From contig JAJPGV010000057.1 in NCBI GenBank assembly GCA_021325635.1, positions 7,238 to 71,237 of the forward strand: DNA of 64,000 nucleotides. Direction: 5' to 3'. This DNA is from Chloroflexota bacterium. Lineage in GTDB: Bacteria > Chloroflexota > JAJPGV01. Shown piece after piece: positions 18,862 through 26,890 of the stretch. Under the pieces are notes generated by a model that saw only the letters and a list, made by a program, of their open reading frames with translations, was not told the origin of the DNA and made no database searches. The first letter of the stretch is position 1; every line of letters starts with the position of its first letter. A program made the position numbers and the translations under genes.

Positions 18862-19103
18862 CCGCCTGCCATGCGGGGGACGATGATGATCTCCTCGGCC
18901 TGTGGATCGAATTGATCGATGCGAACCGCCGGCTCGTCCGGCGTGACGCGGAACGCAGCGCTGCCTCGAGCGCGCTCTTGCCGGAAGATGCGTTCGGCCT
19001 CCTGGATTGCAGCGAGGGCTTCGGCCTGGCCGCTTGCGGCAAGCTCAGGATTCCACGTGACACGCGTATCGCCTCGGGCTGAGAGAACAGACAGGGTTGC
19101 CAA
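18858..19103 (-). CDS. Small ubiquitin-like (beta-grasp-like) protein ending in GG
   Basis: 81 aa ending EEIIIVPRMAGG; GAGGAAAGGAAG RBS upstream. Confidence 0.75.
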   Translation of the reverse strand: MATLSVLSARGDTRVTWNPELAASGQAEALAAIQEAERIFRQERARGSAAFRVTPDEPAVRIDQFDPQAEEIIIVPRMAGG

Positions 19104-19295
19104 TGACTATCTTCCTTTCCTCACGCTGTGCATTGATCGGGAGCCTGGGACGAGCAGTTGCTGTCCTTCTGCCTAACAATGCCCCCGCAGGGATAAACAG
19201 GCCATGAAAACGCAATGAATAGAGGGATGCGACCATTTGGCAAATGGCAAGCAATGCGATGGCGGCACTCACGACAGCCGTGCAAACCGAGGCGC

Positions 19296-19499
19296 TCAAC
19301 GAGATTCGTCCAGCTCGCCGAGCGCCTGGATCAGGGTCTTCTCGGCCTGGAGCAGCGCCAGCTCTACTTCGTGATTCGTGGGCTCGGCCTCCAGCCGGCG
19401 TTTGTCCCGGGCCCAAATGCCCACACAAGTCTTCAGCTCCAGCAAGCGATCGTAGTAGTCGTAGTCAATGGTGACGTTCTCGGTTTCGGGTGTTGACAT
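19296..19499 (-). CDS. Small helical hypothetical protein
   Basis: Strong AGGAGGTG RBS; 67 aa. Confidence 0.65.
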   Translation of the reverse strand: MSTPETENVTIDYDYYDRLLELKTCVGIWARDKRRLEAEPTNHEVELALLQAEKTLIQALGELDESR

Positions 19500-19567
19500 G
19501 GTTTCACCTCCTGCATTTCACGCTGCCACGATAGAGGCTGCAAGGGGATAAATACGCGTCACGCGGC

Positions 19568-19756
19568 TTGAGCCATGCTCCGTCGCGGTGCCCTGAGTGC
19601 CGCATCGCGCAGCAGGGCGGAAAGCTGCGCCAGCTCTATCGAGCCACGTGTGACAGCTGCCGGAGGCCGGCCCTTGTGCCATTCGAGCCGACGGCGGGCC
19701 GGCCGGTGTACTGCAGCGACTGCTACAGCCGTCGTCCCAGCGTCCACGCGGCATAG
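19568..19756 (+). CDS. CxxC-x17-CxxC zinc-ribbon protein, N-terminally truncated or degenerate
   Basis: PSRCPECR...YRATCDSCRRPALVPFEPTAGRPVYCSDCY; upstream in-frame YASRG preceded by TAG at 19532. Confidence 0.6.
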   Translation: MSHAPSRCPECRIAQQGGKLRQLYRATCDSCRRPALVPFEPTAGRPVYCSDCYSRRPSVHAA

Positions 19757-19821
19757 CTATTCCCGCGTTGTTGATGCGCTGTTGATTCCTAGGTCATCGC
19801 CCACAAGCCACGCTTGGGAGT

Positions 19822-20184
19822 GTGACAGACAGCATTCGGTTGAGCGCTTGGTCAAGTGTTTTGATGACCTGAATGCTGTCGACGACGTCTCGTTCCGAGT
19901 GGATTCTGGTGAGTTCTTCGGCTTCCTCGGCCCAAACGGCGCCGGAAAAACCACGACGATCAACGTGCTCTGCACGCTGCTGCGGCCTACCTCAGGTCAC
20001 GTGGTCGTCAACGGCTTCGACGTGAGCAGGCAGCAGCAGTCGGTCGGCGCTCCATCGGCCTGGTCTTCCGGAATGCCACGCTCGGCGATCGGCCATGAGC
20101 GTCGTGACAGACGTCGCGCTGTTGGGCGCTTTCGCGGCCGTGATGATCGCGCTGGCGATGCGCGCTTTCGAGGTTCAGGATTGA
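19822..20184 (+). pseudogene. Relic of a DrrA/DrrB-type ABC exporter operon (5' ATPase fragment joined to 3' end of permease)
   Basis: VERLVK...GEFFGFLGPNGAGKTTT, then after a frameshift RRSIGLVF, stop at 20096, then VVTDVALLGAFAAVMIALAMRAFEVQD* in a third frame. Confidence 0.7.
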
Positions 20185-20207
20185 AGTCCACTCCAGGAGG
20201 ACACGCC

Positions 20208-21158
20208 ATGTTCAGTCAAATCCTCGTGCCACTCGACGGCTCCGCCCTGGCGGGGCGAGCAGTGCCCTACGCTCAAGGGCTGGCCCAGCGCACTGGTGCG
20301 CAGCTGCTGCTCGTCCGCGCAGTCGAGACCTGGGCGTTCCCCAATGGCGGCCGGCGCCACCGCCGGGAGCAGGAGCTCCTGGACGAGGCGGAGCGAGAGC
20401 TCGCGCCTCTCGTCCAGGGGCTGAAAGCGAGTGGCCTTGTGGCGGCGTCTTCGGTGCAGCCGGGTGAAGCGGCAATGGTCATTGCCCAGGCCAGGCACTC
20501 ACACCAGAGCGACCTGATCGTCATGTCCACGCACGGCCGTGGAGGTTTGGGAAGGCTGGCCTACGGCAGCGTGGCGGAGCGCGTCCTCCGTGAAGGTGCT
20601 TGCCCGGTGCTGCTCATTCCGCCGGAAGCCGAGCAGGGGTGGCGATCGTCCACCGACGGAAGAGTCGTGGTGCCTCTCGATGGCTCGGCTGTGGCAGAAG
20701 TGGCGCTTGCTCCAGCCGTCCGCTTGGCCCGGCTGTTCGGTGCCGGGCTCAGCCTGATGCAGGTGATCGAGCCGCCGCCTCCGGCGGCGTACAGCGGCTG
20801 GGCGACGGCCACGCCATATGAGTATCTGGACGTGCAGCAGTGGGCTGAGGAGGCCAAGCCGTACATCCAGGGTGTGGCCAGCCAGCTTCAGTCCGAAGAT
20901 TTTGCCGTCGATGCTGAGACGTTAGTGGGCTACGCGGCCCCGGCCATTGATCAAGAGGTGCGGTCCAAGAGCGCCTTGGCTGTCGTCATGGCGAGCCATG
21001 GTCGGTCGGGCATTGAGCGGGTCGTGTTGGGCAGCGTTGCCCAGGGCGTGGTGCACCGCACCAATGTGCCGGTTCTGGTGATAAGACCCGGAGCAATCCT
21101 CGATCATGACGCCGCTACGCAAGCCGGCAGCTCGGCCCGTTCGCCCGCTGGCGTGTGA
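20208..21158 (+). CDS. Tandem-domain universal stress protein
   Basis: MFSQILVPLDGS, STHGRGG...GSVAE, second VVPLDGS/ASHGRSG..GSVA repeat; AGGAGG RBS. Confidence 0.92.
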   Translation: MFSQILVPLDGSALAGRAVPYAQGLAQRTGAQLLLVRAVETWAFPNGGRRHRREQELLDEAERELAPLVQGLKASGLVAASSVQPGEAAMVIAQARHSHQSDLIVMSTHGRGGLGRLAYGSVAERVLREGACPVLLIPPEAEQGWRSSTDGRVVVPLDGSAVAEVALAPAVRLARLFGAGLSLMQVIEPPPPAAYSGWATATPYEYLDVQQWAEEAKPYIQGVASQLQSEDFAVDAETLVGYAAPAIDQEVRSKSALAVVMASHGRSGIERVVLGSVAQGVVHRTNVPVLVIRPGAILDHDAATQAGSSARSPAGV

Positions 21159-21198
21159 CCTTCCGCAGGGGAGTGAGAGGCGGGCGGCGGCGGGCCTG

Positions 21199-21393
21199 CT
21201 AGCGATGGCGTAGCCGAGAGAAGAACAGCAGCGAGTACAGCATGGCGCAGGATCGGGCGGCAAGCGCGATGCAGATAAGCATTGGCACGGCCCACGCGGC
21301 ATTGCCGGTGGCCGCCATGGCGCAGATTACGGCGCCATACATCGCCAGCAGCGCAGCGAGTAGGCGGAGGGCGCCTTCAACAGCGGGGTTCAT
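21199..21393 (-). CDS. Possible small two-TM protein
   Basis: MNPAVEGALRLLAALLAMYGAVICAM... hydrophobic; follows the permease gene. Confidence 0.35.
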   Translation of the reverse strand: MNPAVEGALRLLAALLAMYGAVICAMAATGNAAWAVPMLICIALAARSCAMLYSLLFFSRLRHR

Positions 21394-21416
21394 CGGCAGT
21401 GGAAACGGTCCGGTGG

Positions 21417-22712
21417 CTATTCGTACCTCAATGCCTCGATAGGGTCGAGCAGGCTGGCTTTGCGGGCCGGGTAGTAGCCAAAGAAGACACCGACCATTGC
21501 CGCGAAGCCGAAGGCCAGCAGCACTGCCTGCGGCACGATGACGGTGGACCACCCGGCGACGTGTGAGACGGCTACGGATGCGGCGGCACCGAACACAATG
21601 CCCAGGATGCCACCCGCTCCACTGAGGACCACGGCTTCGATCAGGAACTGACTCAAGATGTCCCGCCGGTGCGCGCCGATGGCCGTGCGGATACCTATTT
21701 CATGGGTGCGCTCGGTCACGGATACCAGCATGATGTTCATGATGCCGATGCCGCCCACGACCAGCGATACCGCTGCCACCCCAGCCAGGAGCATGGTCAG
21801 CGTTTGAGTCACGCTTTGCGCTGTCTGGATGATGTTATTCAGGTTGCGGATGGTGAAGTCGTCGTTACCGTTTGTGATTCGGTGCTGCTGTTCGAGCACG
21901 GTTTGCATCTGCGCCTGCACCGAATCCATCTGGCTGACGTCGCTAGCCTGGACGACGATCTGACCAACGTAGGTCAGATTCGAGAGCCGGACGTGGGCGG
22001 TGCTGAAGGGCACCAGGATGGTATTGTCCTGGTCGCCGCTCTTGGACGCCAGCACACCCACGATGGTGAACGGGACTTTGTTGAGCCGAATAGTCTGGCC
22101 AATGGCATCCAGCGCGTTTCCGCTGCCGGTGTTGCCATTGCCGAAGAGGTTGTCGAGCACAGTTTGGCCAATAACCGCCACCTGCCCCCCGTCCTGCTCG
22201 TCCTGGTCGCTGAACAGGGTTCCGGCCTGAGGCTGCCAGTTCTCGATTCCCTGGTACACGGGATAGACGCCCTGCGCCCGAGTAGACCAGTTCGAGCCGG
22301 CTGCCACGGCCTGAACGTTCACACTGATTACCGGCGACACGCCGCTGATTCCAGCAACTTGCTCTTGAATGGCGGCGGCGTCCGCTTCGGTCAGTGTTTG
22401 CCTGGTGCCGGCACCTACATTGACGAAGCCGGGGCCACGCTGGCTGCCGGGTGTTATTTGAATGAGGTTCGTGCCCAGGCCCTGCAGTCGCTGCGCCACG
22501 TTGGCGCTGGCGCCTTGGCCAAGCGAGATCATCGCGATGACCGCGCCTACGCCGATGATGATCCCCAATGCCGTGAGCAGCGATCGCAGCTTGTTGGCCC
22601 CAATAGCCTCGAGTGCCGTCGCCAAGCTCTCCCCCAGGCCCATGCCTCGCGAGGTCTCGACGCGTTGGCGTCGCGCGCGAGGGAACGGAAGCGTATAGGT
22701 CGGGGCGCTCAT
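21417..22712 (-). CDS. MacB/FtsX-type ABC transporter permease
   Basis: RSLLTALGIIIGVGAVIAM, GGIGIMNIMLVSVTERTHEIGIR and DPIEALRYE motifs. Confidence 0.92.
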   Translation of the reverse strand: MSAPTYTLPFPRARRQRVETSRGMGLGESLATALEAIGANKLRSLLTALGIIIGVGAVIAMISLGQGASANVAQRLQGLGTNLIQITPGSQRGPGFVNVGAGTRQTLTEADAAAIQEQVAGISGVSPVISVNVQAVAAGSNWSTRAQGVYPVYQGIENWQPQAGTLFSDQDEQDGGQVAVIGQTVLDNLFGNGNTGSGNALDAIGQTIRLNKVPFTIVGVLASKSGDQDNTILVPFSTAHVRLSNLTYVGQIVVQASDVSQMDSVQAQMQTVLEQQHRITNGNDDFTIRNLNNIIQTAQSVTQTLTMLLAGVAAVSLVVGGIGIMNIMLVSVTERTHEIGIRTAIGAHRRDILSQFLIEAVVLSGAGGILGIVFGAAASVAVSHVAGWSTVIVPQAVLLAFGFAAMVGVFFGYYPARKASLLDPIEALRYE

Positions 22713-23482
22713 ACCGCCACGATCTCCCGGGCCTGCGCAATCGCCGCCAGGTCGTCCAGAGCGATGCGACGCTCTTCAACCAGCCGGTCAGTGATAACCT
22801 TGCCGTCGCGGAACAGGATATTGCGTTTGCAGTATGCGGCGATGTCGCGTTCGTGCGTGACCATCACGATGGTGATGCCCGAATTGTTGAGCCGCTGCAG
22901 AATCGCCATGATCTCGATGCTGGTTCGGGTGTCCAACTCGCCAGTGGGCTCGTCTGCCAGAATCAGCGCCGGCTGGTTCGTCAAGGCGCGCGCGATGGCC
23001 ACTCGCTGCTGCTGCCCGCCGGATAGCTCGCTGGGCTTGTGCGTGGCCCAGTCCTCCAGTCCGACGGCCCTGATGGCTGCGAGCGCCCGCTCTTCGCGCT
23101 CCGGCCGGGTTACGCCGGCGTACATCATGGGCAGCATCACATTGCCCAGCGCGTCCATCCGCGGCAGAAGGTTGAACCCCTGGAAGACGAACCCGATCTT
23201 CTGGTTGCGAACAGTTGCCAGCTCATCGTGGGTGAGGTCTTTAACCGAGATGCCCTCGAGCAGGTACTCGCCGCTCGTTGGCCGATCCAAACAGCCGAGC
23301 ACGTGCATGAACGTGGACTTGCCGGAGCCGGAGGGGCCCATGACGGCCACGAACTCTCCGGGCATGATGGTTAGGCTCACCCCTAGCAGCGCTCGCACCA
23401 CATTGCTGCCCAGGTGATAGTCCTTGTGCAAATCGATGACCTGGACAATGGGCATGCTCGTGTCGGTCGTAGCCGGGCTCAT
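22709..23482 (-). CDS. ABC transporter ATP-binding protein (MacB/LolD family)
   Basis: GPSGSGKST, LSGGQQQRVAIARAL and ILADEPTG motifs. Confidence 0.92.
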   Translation of the reverse strand: MSPATTDTSMPIVQVIDLHKDYHLGSNVVRALLGVSLTIMPGEFVAVMGPSGSGKSTFMHVLGCLDRPTSGEYLLEGISVKDLTHDELATVRNQKIGFVFQGFNLLPRMDALGNVMLPMMYAGVTRPEREERALAAIRAVGLEDWATHKPSELSGGQQQRVAIARALTNQPALILADEPTGELDTRTSIEIMAILQRLNNSGITIVMVTHERDIAAYCKRNILFRDGKVITDRLVEERRIALDDLAAIAQAREIVAV

Positions 23483-23719
23483 GTACGGGGGCTCCTCAGT
23501 ATTCCCTACAAACAGCGTCACCCGCCGGCCGTGAATTGGCGGTAAATGGCGCGGCCACATCTCGTGAATCAGGCCAACTCGAGCGGGCATCCGGATGTGC
23601 GCGCCCGCGTGGCGGGGCCGGCGCTGATTGGTGGCCGGAGACGGTGATCCCAGGCGCCTTTTGGCGATGTTCGGCCCGCCTTTGTGCCGCGTTTACAGCA
23701 CGGCAAGCATGCTTGACTC

Positions 23720-24973
23720 GTGGCCACGTCGCGCCTCTGGGCCAGGCTGTGTGCTCTCCTGGTTGTGCCTCTCGCCGCTTGCGCGATAGTGCCAACGGCT
23801 GAGGTCCCTCAGGCAGCGATTTCGCCTGGGCCGCTGGCAACGGTCGGCTCGTCCGGCACAAGCGCGGTTTCAGCGCCGAGCGGATCCCAAGAAGCAGCCA
23901 TTGCGCGGGTCATTCAGCTGGGCAACGCGGAGCAGGAGCAGGCACTCGCCTCGGGCGACATGTCGGTCATGCGTGATACGTCGACTGATGTCTATTTCCA
24001 GCAGTTGAGTGAGGCTAACCAGGGGCTGCTAGATAGCGGCGCCGTCGTCATCAAGCTCATCAGGATCGAGTGGGGTCCGATTGACGTCAGTGGGGATACG
24101 GCAACCGTGACGACCTATGAGACGTGGACCACGGACTTCCGGGACGGTACCACCGACCAGTCGCGAGACCGCAACGTGTATACCCTTGTTCGCCAAGGTG
24201 GTGCGTGGCTGGTCCAAGCCGACGGCCACCCGGACGCCGGAGGGACCCCGGCCGGCCCTGCGCCTACCGTGGGGCCGCTGCCCCCCACACAGGTGACGCC
24301 GAGCGCTTCTCCCGCGGATCAGTCTCGCAACTGGTCCGGTTACATGGCGACGGGTGGCAGCTTCCTCGCCGTCAGAGGTGCCTGGACGGTTCCGGAGCCG
24401 CTGACGACCGGCGTGGCTGGTGTGGATGCCGCGTGGGTCGGCATTGGAGGCGTCCGGTCCCGCGATTTGATTCAGGTTGGGACTCAGGAAACGGTCCTGA
24501 GCTCAGGGCTGATCGAGTTCCAGAGCTGGATCGAGACGCTCCCGCAAGCCTCGAAGCAGGTCCCGCTGGCCGTTCACGCCGGCGACTCCGTCTCAGCCTC
24601 GATCGATCAGCAGGGTACGGGTTTCTGGCTGGTGGCGCTCAAGAACAATACGACCGGCGCCACGTTCTCCCAGACCGCGCAATATGACTCATCGCTCTCA
24701 TCGGCGGAGTGGGTCGAAGAGGCGCCGAGCGGCGGACGGAGCATCTTGCCGCTCGACAACTTCGGCTCGATCCATTTCACCGACGCCGTGGCCGTTAGGG
24801 ATCATCAGACGTTGACGCTGTCACAGCTCGGCGGTCAGCCCGTCAGCATGACCAACGGCCGCGGTCAGCCGCTGGCCATCCCATCGGCCATCAGCGACGG
24901 CGGCGCCGGCTTCCTCGTGACCCGCACGGCCAACAGCTCCACCGGCTTCGGCCGTGGCTTTACGGCCGCTTAG
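23720..24973 (+). CDS. Lipoprotein: NTF2-like N-domain plus G1 family glutamic endopeptidase
   Basis: LAAC lipobox; SRNWSGY, AWVGIGG, LIQVGT (catalytic Gln) and SAEWVEEAP (catalytic Glu). Confidence 0.82.
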   Translation: MATSRLWARLCALLVVPLAACAIVPTAEVPQAAISPGPLATVGSSGTSAVSAPSGSQEAAIARVIQLGNAEQEQALASGDMSVMRDTSTDVYFQQLSEANQGLLDSGAVVIKLIRIEWGPIDVSGDTATVTTYETWTTDFRDGTTDQSRDRNVYTLVRQGGAWLVQADGHPDAGGTPAGPAPTVGPLPPTQVTPSASPADQSRNWSGYMATGGSFLAVRGAWTVPEPLTTGVAGVDAAWVGIGGVRSRDLIQVGTQETVLSSGLIEFQSWIETLPQASKQVPLAVHAGDSVSASIDQQGTGFWLVALKNNTTGATFSQTAQYDSSLSSAEWVEEAPSGGRSILPLDNFGSIHFTDAVAVRDHQTLTLSQLGGQPVSMTNGRGQPLAIPSAISDGGAGFLVTRTANSSTGFGRGFTAA

Positions 24974-25178
24974 GGAGTGCTGGGGCCCCGAGGCCCTGAG
25001 GCCTTGCTAGCCGGTTCCGTTTCGCCTGCCGCGTCTGAGCGGCTTGCCGCACCTTTGGTCAGCTGGCGGTCGCGTTCCACGAAAAGGACGCGATAAATGT
25101 TGGCGGTCCGGGCGACCTGCCGGTCGGGGGGCTGAAGACGGCAAACACAGCCCAATCCGAGCTCAATTTTAGGGAGTG

Positions 25179-25263
25179 TGGAGGGGGAGGGATTCGAACC
25201 CCCGTACGGCGTCAGCCGGGCAGATTTACAGTCTGCTGCCATTAACCACTCGGCCACCCCTCC
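25179..25263 (-). tRNA. tRNA-Tyr (GTA), CCA not encoded
   Basis: Reverse complement GGAGGGGTGGCCGAGTGGTTAATGGCAGCAGACTGTAAATCTGC...GGGGGTTCGAATCCCTCCCCCTCCA, with long variable arm. Confidence 0.96.
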
Positions 25264-25391
25264 GGAGCGCGCGAAGTATACCGCCCGGCGCGTCACTCCT
25301 CGTGCGCTTGCCCGTTCACGTATACTGGGCGGCGTAAGGTTTGCCCGCCGCTTGCAGGCTTTCCTGCCACTTTAGTCGAGAGGTTCACTGG

Positions 25392-26573
25392 ATGCGTCGT
25401 CGCAGAGTCATCGCGCTTGTATGCGCGCTCGCCGTGGTCGTTGCGACCATCTTCATGCCGGAGGCTGGGGCGCAGACCCCAGGGGCTGACTATGACCTGC
25501 CCGGAGGCAGCGGGCACTTCTACACCGAGACCAACGGTGGGCTGGGTCCGAACTTCGGTTATCGCATCACCAACGAAGCGGGCATCGGCTTCTGGTCGGA
25601 GTTCCAGCGGCTCGGTGGCGTCAACGCGCTGGGCTACCCGGCGTCAAAGCGCTTCCAGCTCGATGGCTTCATCGTCCAGGCCACCCAAAAGGTGCTGATG
25701 CAGTGGCGACCGGACGTGAGTCCGCCGCAGGTGTATTTCATCAACGTCTTTGACAAGCTGCACGACATGGGGCGAGACTCCCAGCTGCAGGCGACCTTCC
25801 AGATCCCCCCTCAGCTCGATCCGTCCTTTGACGCCGGCAAGACGCCTGATCAGGCGCAGGCCGGCCGCCTAGCGCTGCTCAACGCCGACCCGGCCATCGC
25901 CGGCCGCTACGGCACCGGCCCCAGCGCCACGCTGTACAACGGCCTGCCGACCTCCACCGTCACCAGCATGGGGCCGTTCCTGGTCCTTCGGGCTCAGCGC
26001 GTGGCCTTCCAGCACTGGACCGTGGATAACCCGGCAGCCGGCATCAAGGCCGGATCCGTATCGGTCGTGAATGGCGGCGACATTGCCAAGCAGCTGGGCC
26101 TCGTGCCTGGCTCAGCCGCCATCCCCGAGGATGTCAACGGCAACCCAGCCGCGACACCTACGCCGCTCGCCACGGCCACGCCCACCGCTACGCCGGTGCC
26201 GCAGTATCCGTATCTGTCCAAGAGCGTGAATGCTCCGCCCACCAACTGCGGCGGCGGCAACCGGGTGCCTTGCATCGACAGTGGCCCGAACGCTGGTCTC
26301 CAGTACGTTCAGGGACACGTGATGGACAAGAACGGCAATGGCATCGCCGGAATCACTGTTCGGATGAGCTTCTACGGCAACTACGCCGATACGGGCAGTG
26401 AGGGTGACGGGTTGTTCACGCACACGTTGGCCTCGAACTGTCCTAGTGAAAATCGGGTGTACCAGTTCTACATCATCGATGGTGCGGGCAACCGTTCCTC
26501 CGACATCTACACGGTGAACTACTCCAACTGCAACACGGCTGGGGAGTTCCACTTCGACTTCGTGCGGCAATAG
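25392..26573 (+). CDS. Secreted hypothetical protein (Chloroflexota-type GHFY..FW.EF..LGG..LGYP repeat plus C-terminal beta-sandwich)
   Basis: Signal peptide, Pro/Thr linker, VQGHVMDKNGNGIAGITV carboxypeptidase-regulatory-like domain. Confidence 0.7.
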   Translation: MRRRRVIALVCALAVVVATIFMPEAGAQTPGADYDLPGGSGHFYTETNGGLGPNFGYRITNEAGIGFWSEFQRLGGVNALGYPASKRFQLDGFIVQATQKVLMQWRPDVSPPQVYFINVFDKLHDMGRDSQLQATFQIPPQLDPSFDAGKTPDQAQAGRLALLNADPAIAGRYGTGPSATLYNGLPTSTVTSMGPFLVLRAQRVAFQHWTVDNPAAGIKAGSVSVVNGGDIAKQLGLVPGSAAIPEDVNGNPAATPTPLATATPTATPVPQYPYLSKSVNAPPTNCGGGNRVPCIDSGPNAGLQYVQGHVMDKNGNGIAGITVRMSFYGNYADTGSEGDGLFTHTLASNCPSENRVYQFYIIDGAGNRSSDIYTVNYSNCNTAGEFHFDFVRQ

Positions 26574-26764
26574 CATTACGCCCGATTAGGGCGGCACGGC
26601 GAGAGGCCGGACCACGCGGATTATCCCGTGGCTCCGGCCTCAGTCGTTTCGGGGGTGAGGTTGGCTCGACGAAGGAGTTGGGCGAACGCGTTTTCGGGAC
26701 CGATGTCATTTGAGGAGCCGGACGTTGGAGTGACGTCGAAAGGCGTGGTCAGCGTGAACGGGAA

Positions 26765-26790
26765 GCGGGGCGCAAGGCCCCGCGCTACAC
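26765..26790 (-). repeat. GTAG-type REP-like hairpin, copy 1
   Basis: Minus strand GTGTAGC GCGGGGC CTTGC GCCCCGC (7-bp stem). Confidence 0.55.
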
Positions 26791-26845
26791 GTTGGTCGTT
26801 GGGGGCCTTTTGCGGGCCCGGTAGCGTGTGGTGGAGGCGCCGGCG

Positions 26846-26888
26846 GGAGGGTTCTCGCATCCTTGCGATGCGAGAACCTCCGCTACAC
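26846..26888 (-). repeat. GTAG-type REP-like hairpin, copy 2 (long stem; may also act as terminator)
   Basis: Minus strand GTGTAGCGGA GGTTCTCGCATC GCAAG GATGCGAGAACC CTCC (12-bp perfect stem). Confidence 0.55.
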
Positions 26889-26890
26889 GG

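Noticed and set aside
19575-21158. 527-aa ABC-USP fusion ORF
   Set aside because: It is better explained as a decayed ABC fragment plus an independent USP with its own AGGAGG RBS at 20208.
24970-25296. ORFs overlapping tRNA-Tyr, and the idea of an island integrated at the tRNA 3' end
   Set aside because: The ORFs read through the tRNA. I saw no integrase and no duplicated tRNA 3' end (att site) in the window.
26621-26860. 79-aa minus-strand ORF between the secreted protein and SBP
   Set aside because: It runs through the REP-like hairpins, has no RBS and no protein-like signature.
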